This document shows positions 1 through 12,904 of a stretch of DNA of 61,974 nucleotides, piece after piece. Under the pieces are notes generated by a model. That model was not told the DNA's origin. It saw nothing but the letters and a program-made list of their open reading frames with translations, and made no database searches. Position numbers and translations under genes: made by a program. The first letter of the stretch is position 1. The number at the start of each line of letters is the position of its first letter. The stretch is from Negaprion brevirostris (taxonomy: Eukaryota), in NCBI GenBank assembly GCA_030324005.1, contig JARDVH010000031.1, positions 77,054,566 to 77,116,539 of the forward strand. The letters run 5' to 3'.

Positions 1-1422
1 CAATGATGAGTCTTGCTTTTTTATTTTGTTTGGGGATTTTTTGTTCTTTATATTTTCTTTCAACTTTGCCCCTTCTATTTATTCCCTGTCCTTTTGCATG
101 CTGCTCCCTCTGCTGGTAAGCAAGCTGTAATAGTGTTGCTTCTGCCAACGTAATTGGAGTTTATTGCTGCATAGTTGAGTGAATATTTTTTGCTACTTTT
201 CTACACCTCAGACCCCAGTAATTCAGTTTATAGATAATTACAGCTTGTCATTTCCAAAGCCTTAGAAATGGAAAACTATCTTGTGAAAGTGTGCTTAAAT
301 ATTGCTAATATTGTTAATATCTGTTACAATTGAATTATAATTTGGTCTTCCATTGATCACATGAAGCTGTCTGCCAATCATCAAATAAATCCTATTGTGT
401 AACATATTGGAAAGGGTGGAAATTACCCTTTTTTTTCCAAAGCATACGAAGGCCATCAGATCTTCAGTGTGAAAAGTAATCATACAGTTTTGCTGTCAGT
501 CATTTTGCTTTACTGTTCTGATTGTGAAGTCCTGAATTTAACACAGACTTGACAGGCATTGTATCCAGGTAGTGATTGAGAATAGCACCTAGTCATTTTA
601 GTTTATTAATGTTACATAGAAAGGATATGGTAAAGTTAGAGTTATCTTTGTCTGCCATACAGTTCATTGCAGGGAGAGCAAATTAGACATTTCCTTATTT
701 TAGTGCTTTTCCTGAATCTGTGCACGTTTTAATTTTACAGGGTCTGAATGATTGATTGTGTATCTTTATCTCTGATAGAAAGGAGTTTAAACAACCCTGA
801 TTTCTGCTCACCATCTGTCTGCAAAGAAAAGAAAAGTTGTTTTAATTTTCCAACTCAATTGTGAAGTAATCCTGTGCTATCACAAGACTCCCATCTCTCC
901 ATTTTGCCTTTGACAAAGAGTCTGTATTCCTTTGTTCGGGTTCCTGAGATTGGTAATGTTCCAGCCATTAAAAATTTGAGAGGAGGTTGCAGCATCCTTT
1001 GCTCTAGTAGACTTCGGTGGTCAGATCTGATTTATGAAATGTTTTGAAATGTCTTTGTATGAATCCGGTTGAATTTGCTCCCTGCAGCCCACAGAACCAT
1101 AGTGTCTCTTCAGAGATAATGAGTTGTCAGCTTCTCTGATGCTGCTAGAAAGTTTCTTTTGTTCAGGGTCACATCTGAACATTGCTTCAGCCTTTTTAAA
1201 GCTTTTGTCAAGTTTTAAAAATTTTAGAAATTAATCAGGAGGATGTCTGAGAGTGTAAGATCTTTGCCTCCTGTCACCTGTTAAACCTGGTTTATTGATG
1301 TCATTTGGAAAAGCCCAATTTTGTGTGGAATTGGAAATTACAGGATTAAGTAAAGAAGCAAAGTAAAGTGTTGCCCTGGAAGAGAGAACATGTCAATCAA
1401 AGTTCAAGGAATTGAACGTACT

Positions 1423-2444
1423 GGACCTGATTTTACCATTTTGATTCTAAGTGCTGGGCAGACTTGAATCTGGGAGTGTTTCGGATCCAACTTTTAGACC
1501 TGTTCTCTGGTGCCCCCATACGCACTCTGCCTGAAAAACAAAATCAGTGATTCTGAATCGCGCTGTAGAAGCCTGTGGGTGGGGCTTAAAGCGGCTGAAA
1601 CACTGCAGCTCCAATCGGAGCCTTCAACTGTGCATGCGCAGTCAAAAAAAACCATTTTCCTGTCACATCGCTCCCGGGCTGGATAATGCCTCCCCCTGAG
1701 CCCTGCAGAATCGTCCCACCCCACCCATAACTGACCCCCTTATCCTCACCACCCCCTCCCCAACCATGGATCGCTTGCAGATGGCAGTGGATTATCTTCC
1801 CCTGCCCCTCACTAGAGAGCCGTCTGACACATNNNNNNNNNNCTTCCCCACCAGAGAACCATCTGATCTGTTTCCCTCCACACCTCCCCCCCCCAAACCA
1901 GAGAACACCTGACCCATCTCCCCCCAAAAAAGAACGGGGAGTCATCTGACCTGCCTTTCTCCCCCTTCCCCTCCGTCCTACCGGACGGTCATCTGACCCG
2001 CTTCCCCCCGCCCCAACCAGGGAGCCATCTGACATGCCTCCCTCCCTCCCCTACCAACCACATAAACTTAACTCCTCAGAANNNNNNNNNNNNNNNNNNN
2101 NNNNNNNNNNNNNNNNNNNNNNNNNNNNNNNNNNNNNNNNNNNNNNNNNNNNNNNNNNNNNNNNNNNNNNNNNNNNNNNNNCCACCAGAAGGTCTAAACT
2201 TAACTCCTCAGAAGCTGGAGCACCGGAATCAGATCTTTGTGGACCATGTCAGTTCTCACCGAATCTGGATATGCAAATGCATTTAAATCAGCTTCACTCC
2301 CATTCCAGGTGTGGTCCGGAAAGTGACCATTTTCAGCCATTGGTAAAGGGGGAAAGGGCATGGATCGTGTTACTCGGCTCATGCCCGATTTTACCAAGTT
2401 TTCGCAGCCAAAAAGGGGCATGACTTGATGGTAAAATTGGGCCC
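1423..2444. mobile_element. Non-autonomous DNA transposon, PIF/Harbinger-like
   Basis: TIRs GGACCTGATTTTACC / GGTAAAATTGGGCCC, 3-bp ACT on both flanks, GC-rich interior with gaps. Confidence 0.7.
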
Positions 2445-3131
2445 ACTGTCTTCTTTATTAGTGCTGAAGCAGCTTTGAATAGGACAGATATTTATAATCT
2501 TATGCCTCTTAGTTTATATGCTCCACTCACCAGTATTTTATACATTGTCCCGAGTAACCAGTTCGTGTTCATCATTACACATTCTGCTCTCTATAATTCT
2601 AAATATTCAAAACTCTCAAATCTAAAGAGGGAAGCTAATTTGAAGGAAAATACAGAGTTATGCTTATTTGGTGAATTGTGTAAAAAAATAGTTGAGGAAG
2701 ACACCGAAGAGGGCTATAAGTGATAGTAATCTGAGCATTCATCACGTCTTTGTTCTCGACTCTGGATTCCTGTCATTAAAATGTAATTGAAATGTCATAA
2801 GTCCTTGAGGCTGTGCACAGTTGTGCCATGATCCTGATTCTTCTTGTCAATAGATTGAGTTATGAAGAAATTCTTCAGCTTTAAAAGTTGGGGAAAGATG
2901 AGCCAAACCTTAAAAAGGTAATGTAATTTGGAATAGTAAACCTAAATCCAGGGTCCAATATCTAATTAAACCATGATCCAAGTTTAATTTAAATAGCACC
3001 ATGGGCATAGATGTAAATTTGTTCTTTTTTTTTAAGAAAAGCATATTAATGTGAAGTAATGAAAGGAAAATTGGGGTAACATCAATATGCACTTATTCAT
3101 ACAGGACATGGTTATTCAGGACTCAGTGATC

Positions 3132-3462
3132 TATTGATAATGTCACTAGGCTAGCAATCCAGAGGCCCAGTGCTCAAGACAATGGTTCAAGTTACAGCAC
3201 AGCAGCTGGTGGAATTTAAATTCAATTAATTATAAAATCTAGTCAGTCGCAAATCATCAATTGTCGTAAAAACCCAATTGATTCACTAATGCCCTTTAGG
3301 GAAGGAGATCTGCCACTCTAATCCTGCCTGGCTACGTGTGACTCCAGACCCACAGCATTTTTAATGTCTCTCTGAGCAGGCTACTCCGTTCAAGGGCAGT
3401 TGGAGAATGAGCAGTAAAAGGTGGTCTTGCTAGTGACACATGTCCCATGAAAGAATAAAAAA
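3132..3462 (+). mobile_element. tRNA-headed SINE, second family
   Basis: Shared core ggaatttaaattcaa...ttcactaatgccctttagggaagg...gtgactccaga and A-rich end. Copies at ~15685(-), 33478, 36721(-), 51843. Confidence 0.7.
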
Positions 3463-3870
3463 AGACCTGGAACAAATTCAAGATTGAGTAGTAAATGCAA
3501 AAATCGCCACCATTCAAGAGGCAGTTAGCTGCTTTGTTTGAGGTGCTGTAGATTTCTGGGAAGGGATGAGCTAGATAGAGAAATCGTATCTTTTATATAT
3601 TGCTGTCTTAAGTTACTAGAGTCATCTAAATTATTTCTGAAGTGCTCCAATGATTTTTGTGTCAATGGATGGAGCAAACAGCCTTCCTTATCTGAACTTT
3701 GTAATCACAAATTATTTCTGAAGATCAAGTTGGTGGAATAAACAGGATTAAATATCTTTTAAAGCCTGGTTAGTGGAGATGCATTATTAAGTGTAGTATC
3801 ACGTTGATTTTGTTTTCATATCTACATGTTTTGCTGATTGCTACAGTAAACAAAGTAGGAGGATACAGAT

Positions 3871-3997
3871 TCTGAAGGGTCATCTGGACTCAAATGTCAG
3901 CTTTTTTCTCTCCTTACAGATGCTGCCAGACTTGCTGAGATTTTCCAGTGTTTTCTCTTTTGATTTCAGATTCCAACATCTGCAGTAATTTGCTTTT
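3871..3997 (+). mobile_element. Penelope-like terminal repeat relic
   Basis: tctgaagggtc...cagatgctgccagacttgctgag...ttccag motif, also at ~12905, 24440, 25317, 56590. Confidence 0.6.
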
Positions 3998-5754
3998 ATA
4001 CATAATATAACTAGCGGTTCTGTTTCTTGCAGTTCAGAAACCCTTTCACTACTAGACAATTTGGCAAGTTTGCTTTAGAATAAAAACTACTTTGTGATTT
4101 TTGTTTACATATGAAGATTAATCAGTAGTTAGTAGCATATTGGTAATGATCTGACAATTCTCTTATCTGAAAAGATTGTGGCACAACAAGCGTTGGAGAT
4201 TCAATGTTTGATACGTATGTAAGAGATCAGAATTTGAATAATCAGTACATTCATAATGGTAATGAACACTAATTGCAGACATTAAGGTTAATGCATTTAG
4301 CATAAGCCAGGTTCGACTAATGTGTAAATATACTTTCCAAAAAATCATAAGCCATAACCTTTTGAAGTTTATTATATATGCATACTGTCCTATATACTAT
4401 ATATGCATAAACTTGTCAATTGCATAGCTGTAAGCATCAATAATGTAACATTGCATTTTCGAGTTGTAAAAGTCAACAGCATGTCAGAACTCAATGTTGC
4501 AAGGCAGCACAGTTAAAAGCTCAGTTGGCTCAGGCGATTTTAATGACAATGCAGCTAATGGGATGAAACAACAGAAATAATAAAATTAAGATGAGCTGGG
4601 ACAAAGTAGACAGAAGCAGACACTTCTCGGGTGTTAAGAACTTAGCAACCGTACATACAAGATTAAATGCAAGAGGTTTAAAGCATAGGGCAGGAGAAAC
4701 TTCAGAAAGTTATGAGGCTGTGACATTCAGTTCTTGAGTTAGTGGCTGCAGCATAAATGATGAAAAGATTAAATTGCATAGGTGAATAAAGAAAAAGGAG
4801 TTGAAGGGATTTGGAGATGCATTGAGTAAATGTGATTAAGATCTGCTAATGCACGTGGGTACACTGCAACCTGAACTGGTCAGGCCAAATAGCCTATACC
4901 TCTCTATGAAAATTGTAGAATATCACACCTTTATGTTTTGCCTGACTGTAAATTTACATTTAAACATTTTGTTTATAGTACAGAACCAGCAACCCAGAAA
5001 TTGNNNNNNNNNNTTTAAATTTGAAGGGTCCTGCCAATTATCTTCTCATCACATGACATTAATAATTGACTGAACGCAACAAAGGTTATGGACTCTGACA
5101 AATGAAATTTTTGAAGACCTAAACAGTAGAGCTGGCTAAGATATTTCAAAACAGCATTTATTTACCAATGTGGAAGATTTCCCATGTCTTATTCTAAAGA
5201 AAGCAGCACAAATCCTTTCAAGAATTGTTCTGTCAGTTGGCTATTAATCGTTTATTTAAGGTTAAAAGTTGAAGCAGGAATCATCAGTAATGCCATGAGG
5301 CAGTGTCTCCTCGTTCATATCTAGTTGCTCAGTTTCGCACTACTTGGCTTCATATCTCATTGCAGCTTTGACCCAAACGTGGAGGCAAGAGCTATACACC
5401 AAAGGAAATGAGAGGGAAGCTGGCATTGGCATTAGCACAGCAATTGACTAAACATGGCATCAAGGTGATCTAATAGAACAAAGACAGTGGAATTCAGTGG
5501 CGGTCAAAGGGAATCATACCTGTCTTTAAAGCTGTCACTGCAGGAGTTCTTCATGACAGAGTCCTTGGCTTAACCATTTTCAGTTGCTTCATTAATGACT
5601 TACGAGACCAGGAGTAAAACAGTTAAGGCAAGGAGACAGTGCAGAATAAAGTGTTACAGTCACAGCTAATTTGTGGAGAAATGGTAGGTACACTCAAAAG
5701 TCTGATGGCAGCAAGGAAAAAGTTGTTCTTGAATCTGTTGGTACTTTCCCAGTT

Positions 5755-6043
5755 TCCCAGTGATTAGCATTGGTGCCTCACAACAATTCCAGCCTTGGAT
5801 GACTGTGAGGAGTTTGCACATTCTCCCTGTGTCTGCATGGGCTTCCTCCCACAGTCCAAAGATGTACAGGTTAGTCAGATTGGACATGCTAATTTACCCC
5901 TTCGTGTCCCGAGATGCGTAATTTAGGGGGATTAACAGGATAAGTACTTGGAGTTACGGTAATAGGGTCTAGATGGGATGCTCTTGTTGAAGAGTCGATG
6001 CCAACTCGATGGGCTGAATGGCCCCTACACTGTAGGGTTCTAT
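5755..6043 (+). mobile_element. HE1-type V-SINE
   Basis: Degenerate tRNA head, V-domain gtttgcacattctccctgtgtctgc, CR1-like tail gatgggctgaatggcc. Confidence 0.85.
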
Positions 6044-7451
6044 ATAGCACTCTGATAAATTATAAGCTATCAGAAATGACTTGCAGGGCCTAACTGAGTC
6101 TTGTATTTGATAATGAGGACCTTGTAATAATGTGAGAAACTTAACATTCTCCTCAATAGCAGACTGCTCCAAATTTCCATGTAGCTTTGAACTGTTTTGA
6201 TTTTATTTGCATTTACATAGTATTGGCCTTGNNNNNNNNNNNNNNNNNNNNNNNNNNNNNCTTTATTGTTAGCAGTTAAACTTTAGAATGGACTTGCTGG
6301 AAATTTTAAAGCCAAACCCTGGTAAGTGTCGTTTTCTTTTATTGCCAGATGGTTGGTCTTGGTGAATTTGGCAAGTTTACTCCAGAGCTGTATGAGACTC
6401 GTGCATGAGTGAACATCCCAATAAAGTCAATTGTAAAAGTGACTAATGTAATACCAGGTGCTGTTGCAATGTGTTAAGTAAGAAATCAGCTTTAGAATAC
6501 TTTGAAATAAAACCTGCATGAAAGATTCAAAATTCTGAAAGAACACGACAATGAAAAGCAGTTTAACCTGCACTTTGCAGTTGAACATTTTATAAAAGTC
6601 ACGTGGCTGTGTTTTTATGTTTTGGATCAGTTTCTTTGAGATGTACAAGTAGATCTGATTACCAATTCTAATTTGTTATCCTGAATTTAAATCATACATG
6701 TAAATGTAATGCTGTTTCCCTTTGAAATTTCAGGAATTTATTCATCTTCAAATTTTGTTGTCATTTTTTAAAAAATCTCAACAATTTATTTCAAGTATAC
6801 ATTCTTTTACAAGTAGGGAAAATTCCTGGCTATAAGTGGGTTAAAGCCCTTGTGACATGTACGTAACTTCAATTACTATTACTTTAGAGTTCTTCTTCTG
6901 TTTGTGGCATTGATTTTCTTTCAAAACAAATGGAACTAAGTTTGACCTGTGTATGAATTAACTAATATCACTCCACTTGGAACGTATATATGCCCTTTGA
7001 AGTGCAAGCATCATCTGCACGCAGCATTGTTCTACTTCACTGAATGTGTTTGGTATCCAGCTTCATAATGCACCATGAGCTAAATTTGCAACAAACCTTT
7101 TAACTTCATTCCATCAAAGAGTATGTTGCTTTTGGCAAAGTGAAGGCATGAAAGATATTTAATTACTTTTAAAATGTCATCTTAATTGAAAACAATTTAT
7201 TTCCCGAGGGCATGGTTCACACTACATATCTGTTAAGTATTCGTGGTCTAAAAGGAAAAAGTTTCAAATTTATTTAACTCAAAACATTTTTCTCTATTGA
7301 AAGCAGCCTGAAGCACCTTTTGGTTGGATTTGTTTTTTTAAAAGGCTTGAATTCTTTTTTCTCACTGCCAAATAGCATTGGCACCTGTGTAGCTGAAAGT
7401 GATATGTGGAAATGTGTTAACTCAGGGTGTTCCCCCTTCATTTGCTTCCAG

Positions 7452-7514
7452 CTTCTCGTCGACACTCAAGGTCTACCAGCGCACTCTCCACTGCTGATTC
7501 TATTGGGCAGCCAG
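7452..7514 (+). CDS. CLASP1: CLASP1 63-nt cassette exon, (A)SRRHSRSTSALSTADSIGQP
   Basis: tttgcttccag acceptor, GTGAAC donor, phase 1-1. Matches the ASRRHSRST alternative segment of CLASP proteins and joins in frame to DRYGLGQ. Confidence 0.88.
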
Positions 7515-9662
7515 GTGAACAAGTGNNNNNNNNNNTTCTAATTTCCCCATTTTTTTCCTCTTCCCATTGTCATTGGGGTTTTCTAACTGCAGGCGATTCT
7601 TTTTTTCAAATGGTCATTTTACGTTGCATACATATAAGGAGCAATCATAATTGTTGTTTTTACAAAACTGTAATGAAAAAAGTTGGAACAAAAGTATTGT
7701 AATCTTTACAGTCACACAAACATCTAAGAAATAAAGTTATGATCATCCAATATGGTTTTGAGTGGAGTGTGAACCAAAGAAAAGTGTTTGTGCTCTCTGG
7801 GAAAGATGACAATTATGGTTGCCAAGTTGTAGACTTCATGGAGCTTTTTTTGTCGTAGTGTGCACAGTTTTCATTCTTTCAGTTCCACCATTAATATTTC
7901 CTGGTGAAATATGGCATTTCATATTGTACTGTGGTAGTCATGACTAATTTATGTTACTTTATGCCAACTGTCTTTATTTTTATCCTTGCAAGGATTGATT
8001 GTTTTAATTTTCAGGCAGATATCAGTTGTTGAAATCGAGGATGTGAGTTGGGTCACAGACTGTATAAAATATTTATTAAGTACTGTGAAGCAGCTGCCAT
8101 CAACAAGCCCACTTTTTGTCATAAATGCAAAGTGGAAGTATAGCTTTATTGCATTGTGAAATTGACAATAGGTTGATTATTAAGATAGATTAGCAAAAGT
8201 GTTTTTTCTATTTCATTTGTATTTAGTCAGGTTGATGTCCTGAAAAATTACTAACAACAGGTTTTCTACCTTTTATACATTAATACCAATCATTTCAACC
8301 AGGAATGCTTTTTGGATAATTTAGCAGTTAGATTCTAAGCTTATTGGTCAGCACAGGGTTAATATCCAGTTCATTACAAATATGTCAATGCACAGCTTCA
8401 TGTGGTAAATTTTCAACTTCTTACTGGTGTAAAACTGGATACGAGAAATGTGTGGTTTCTATAATCCATAAAACCAATTTAATGTCTGGATAGCAAATTG
8501 AAAATCTATCTCAAAATTCATAATTTCCTTGAAATAGTTAACAGCTAAAAGCTCATTAAACCAGTAATAATTGGTGTACTTTAAAAACAGGGATCATCTG
8601 GTGTGTGAAAGCTAATTGGACCACCAAATCTGGATTATCCTGAGAGCCATGTATAATCTTTTTACTTCTATCACCTCCATTCTTCGTCCACGTTTGTACT
8701 AATTCTTCTCTTGTCTGGGTTATGGATTTGAATTATGCTGCACCACCTGTAACATGTTGTCAACTTGATCATGACATTCAAAGCAAAATGAATAATTTTT
8801 GCAGGATATCAGTTCATTTTCCTTTTAAGGTAATAAAACCCATGCTCCAGAATCCTTTCTGCAGCAAAATAAGACAGAATTGTATTAAATGCAGATCCAC
8901 GCTATTATGTAATAAATTAATGGAAAAATACTATCCCTTGCTATAATGATAAATATAACAAGATTGCAGTGCTGACAGTGATTGTGTGCAACTTTTGTAA
9001 CACACTCTCAATGTAATCTGGCTTTTGTTAGAGTTCTGAATTTGCACAGATGATTGAGTGAGACATTACCCTCGGTGGCCGATAAGTGCTGTCTTTTTTT
9101 TCTGCCCTTTCTTTCCCTGCCTTCCCATACCATCCAAGCTTGAGTGCCCCTAATTTGCACATGGTGGTGCATTTTTCAACCCTTGCCATGTACAAGAGGT
9201 GATTTGACCCTGGATATTCCAATAGAATTAAGTGATGAGCAGCAGTCATTCTCCTAAGGGCTCAAATACTTGAATGGCTTCCAATATCAATATTTCTGAA
9301 TGTGTATTTGTTGGCAGTATTGCTGTTGGAATCCACACAACTTTTATTACGAATGCAGGTAATTGATTAATGCCAGTGATGCTGCTCATGGTCACAGCTA
9401 CTGAATTTAATGCCTACGCTACACTCCAGTCGTGGGGCTATCCTGCCCATCTGCCTGCATGAAAGGATTGGGCCTTCTGTAATAAAATGTTTCTTCAATA
9501 CATATCAGTTGATCATAGACCGGGTTCAGCTCAAATTTTAAAAATCAAGTTTGATCATTCGCAATCAGCCCTCTTTTTCGGATGCTCAAGCAATCTAATT
9601 AGCCTTTAAAGATGTATTTTGAGTTTCAGTTTCTTTCAGCAAAAACATTGAAAAAGTCAAAA

Positions 9663-10106
9663 GCATGGTGGTTTGCACTGCTGTCCTACAGTGCCAGGGA
9701 CCCAAGTTCAATTCCTGGCTTGGGAATCACTGTCTGTGTGGAGTTTGCACATTCTCCCTGTGTCTGAGTGAGTTTCCTCCAGATGTTCCGGTTTCCTCCC
9801 ACAATCCAGAGATGTGTGGGTTAGGTGGATTGGCCATGCTAAATTGCTCCTTGGTGTCAGGGGCACTAGCTAGAGTAGGNNNNNNNNNNNNNNNNNNNNN
9901 NNNNNNNNNNNNNNNNNNNNNNNNNNNNNNNNNNNNNNNNNNNNNNNNNNNNNNNNNNNNNNNNNNNNNNNNNNNNNNNTCCTTGGTGTCAGGGGCACTA
10001 GCTAGAGTAGGAACATGGGGTTATGGAGATAGGGCCCGGGTGGGATTGTGGTTGGTGCGGACTTGATGGGCCAAATAGCCTCCTTTTGCACTGTAGAATT
10101 CTGTGA
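9663..10106 (+). mobile_element. HE1-type V-SINE spanning an assembly gap
   Basis: Same head, V-domain and tail; sequence duplicated across the N run. Confidence 0.85.
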
Positions 10107-10423
10107 AAGATCCAAATGTCCTCAATGGTGTTGCACAGATAGATGCTTTTGATATAAAGACAACAAATTTCTTCTGTTTTCAACTTGTCTATTGTTGCTC
10201 AATCCCCTGTCATTTGAAACAGTGGCATAACGGTTAGCACCGCTGCCTCCCAATGCCAGGGACCGAAGTTCCCTTGGGTCCCTGGCACTGAGCCTTGGGT
10301 GAATCAAGGCATAATTTGACTTAATGGGCGAACTTTGTATAGAAAGACATGTTCAGTCTCATAGAGTTTGAGGATGTAGTTAAATTCACAACAATTTAAA
10401 ATAATTACTTTCTACAAATATAG

Positions 10424-10722
10424 GATGGTGCAATAACACAGTAGTTAGCACTGCTGCTTCACAGCACCAAGGACAGGGGTTTGATTCCCAGCTTGGGAAT
10501 CACTGTGCACAGTCTGCATGTTCTCCCCATGTCTGTGTGGTTTTCTTCTGGGTGCTCCGGTTTCCTCCCATAATCCAAAAAACATGCTGATTAGGTGCAT
10601 TGGCCATGCTAAATTCTCCCTCAGTGCACCCAAATAGGTGTTAATGTGTGATGACTAGGGGATTTTCTAAGTAACTCCTTTATTGCAGTGCTAATGCAAG
10701 CCAACTTGTCACACTAATAAAT
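10424..10722 (+). mobile_element. V-SINE with alternative 3' tail
   Basis: HE1-like head and core; tail aaattctccctcagtg...ctaataaat shared with the copy at 43604. Confidence 0.8.
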
Positions 10723-11231
10723 ATATAAGTTTACATATTACTATTTGCTGACTCACCATAGAACACTGGCCTTCATCCAAGCCTTCATGTTGAATATATT
10801 TTTAAGCAGCTTTCCCACACAGACCCTACTGAGTCCAGCAGTTATTCCTTTTTTGCATACTCGGATTGAAATGAAACCCTCAATAACTTAGTGCAAATAT
10901 TACAAATGTTAGTGCCAAATGCATTCAAACCAAATATTTGTTTCCTCCTATTTGAAAATGATTCCAATATGTTATTAGAAATAAAATTCAACATTCTCCA
11001 GGATCATTGGCCAAACTTTCATGGCTGTTTTAATTGCGTGATTGCTGAAGCTCGTTTGGGTGATAGTGGGGTAGGAAATAATTTCTGATTTTAAGGTAGC
11101 ATGTGTTTTGTTGCAACTTTAAATAGCATAGTCAAAGCTATCTGTCACAAGTCATCTTGTTGGCCCAAGCTGGTATAATTTTAGAAACAAAATTTCTTTT
11201 TAATGACCCTTTATATTTTGACTTTTATTAG

Positions 11232-11335
11232 ATCGATATGGGCTTGGACAAGCTGGTCGGTTGCCGCCCACAGTTAATGCCATGAGGGTTCTCAATACAA
11301 GCACAGAGGTGGAGGCTGCAGTTGCAGATGCCTTG
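11232..11335 (+). CDS. CLASP1: CLASP1 exon, (D)RYGLGQAGRLPPTVNAMRVLNTSTEVEAAVADAL
   Basis: cttttattag acceptor, GTAATA donor, 104 nt, phase 1-0. Homologous to human DRFGLGQPGRIPGSVNAMRVLSTSTDLEAAVADAL. Confidence 0.96.
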
Positions 11336-12559
11336 GTAATAAATAATTGAGTTGTTGCAGACCTGAAATAGAAGTCTAGCCTTAAATAACTGTATCTTTT
11401 TTGAAATGCGATTATTGTTTGTTTTCTTTAACTGTTTATCATTCCAATATTTTTATCAGATTATTGCTACATAGAGTTGTGTTTCTTGACCGTGTTATGT
11501 TGCTGAATGATGGAATTTGTGACTTAATTGTGTTTGGGACAGTTTTGCATTTGTTACAATATTGGTACAGTACCAGCTCACAGTCTTCACCAACAACCAG
11601 TCTTTCCTAAGATTCTTATCTGCTTGTGGCATTATAAATCCATATATAATGGCTACCATCCAGTAACATGTCCAAGTTTGCCCTCATTCATGCAAATCTT
11701 ATTCAGTAGTAAAGCACATCATCGTCAAGCGAGTGTAAATAATTTTTCATTTTTTTCTAGAGATAACATTCCTGTAGATTCTCTTTTTTTCACAATTCAA
11801 ATGTTGGGTGCAGTGCCTTGCTGTTCTTGGAGTTAGCAGTTGCTTTTTTTTTCGTAGCATTGCCTTGCTGTGGCAGGAATTGGATTCCTATTCTCTTTTC
11901 TCTTGTTTCCACTCTTTATCTTGCTGTTTTCCCTCTCTTTCTCCTTGCTCACTTCTCATCCTTTCCTCTCAATTCCACCTTGCTCTCTTTCCTTATCCTA
12001 TGTGGTGATCTTGCTCTTCTCTTCCTCGCTCTGTGTCTCCACATCTTAGAACTTGAGGCCATGATGGGGAATCTAGGGACCCTCACTGTCTCCACCCCCA
12101 TGCAATTTAAATGAAACAAAATTAAAGTATCTGGCATCAGTTTCTAATGTAGATGGCATTAAATAGAGATACGATTAGGCCACTGCTTTGGAATGAATTC
12201 TGATTCTCTAGGTGCTACAATTTATACACGTTCATAGAGTACCAAGATTACCTTATCAGAGAAGAAACAAATGTAATTATTCTGTCATTGACCTGCACGA
12301 AGGCACGATGAACGTTGGCCATCCTCTACCATATTCATGTCATTTCTCGGTATGGTAGCAGGATTTTGGTATTTTTCTTGCATCCATTTATTTAAACATT
12401 TCTGAAAATAAGCATCTCAGAATCATCTTTCAAATGCTTTTGCTGTTATGTTTAATTTGCTTTAATTAATTCATCGTTCTGCAATGAAATATTCAATTAT
12501 TCTCCTTTTGACATGATTCTTTGTACTTTTTCCCCTCAAAATTGTTTTCCTGCAATCAG

Positions 12560-12583
12560 CTATTAGGAGACTCCAGGACTAAG
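12560..12583 (+). CDS. CLASP1: CLASP1 24-nt microexon, LLGDSRTK
   Basis: ttttcctgcaatcag acceptor, GTAGTA donor, phase 0-0. Matches the human alternative LLGDSRSK. Confidence 0.93.
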
Positions 12584-12904
12584 GTAGTAGTGCTTTTTGA
12601 TCCTGTTTTCTTCACCAATCATTCTGTTGTTGCTTTGCTGTTTTTATTCTTCAGCATGTTAGAGCATATGCATACAAATAACAGATCAGAGGTACATTGC
12701 ATATAGAGCTGTGGATGTCTTGGGCTTTATTACAAAGTTGTTTGTTGTCATATTACAGAGCATTGAAGCCTCAATGCTACTGGAGTATTCATGAGGTCTA
12801 TATTAGATGCACGACAATTAGACTGGGGTGGTGAAACTTTCATCTGTTGACAATTAGCATCTAATTGGAAGTTAGCTTGGCTAATCTCAACCCAGTCCTT
12901 GGTG

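Noticed and set aside
11-125. U-rich tract with TGCATG followed by ctg|gtaagc
   Set aside because: No acceptor gives a frame-compatible CLASP-like peptide; it is probably the flank of an exon upstream of the window.
11818-12114. 98-aa hydrophobic ORF resembling a membrane protein
   Set aside because: It is a by-product of the pyrimidine tract (Leu/Phe/Ser codons) and has no ATG start.
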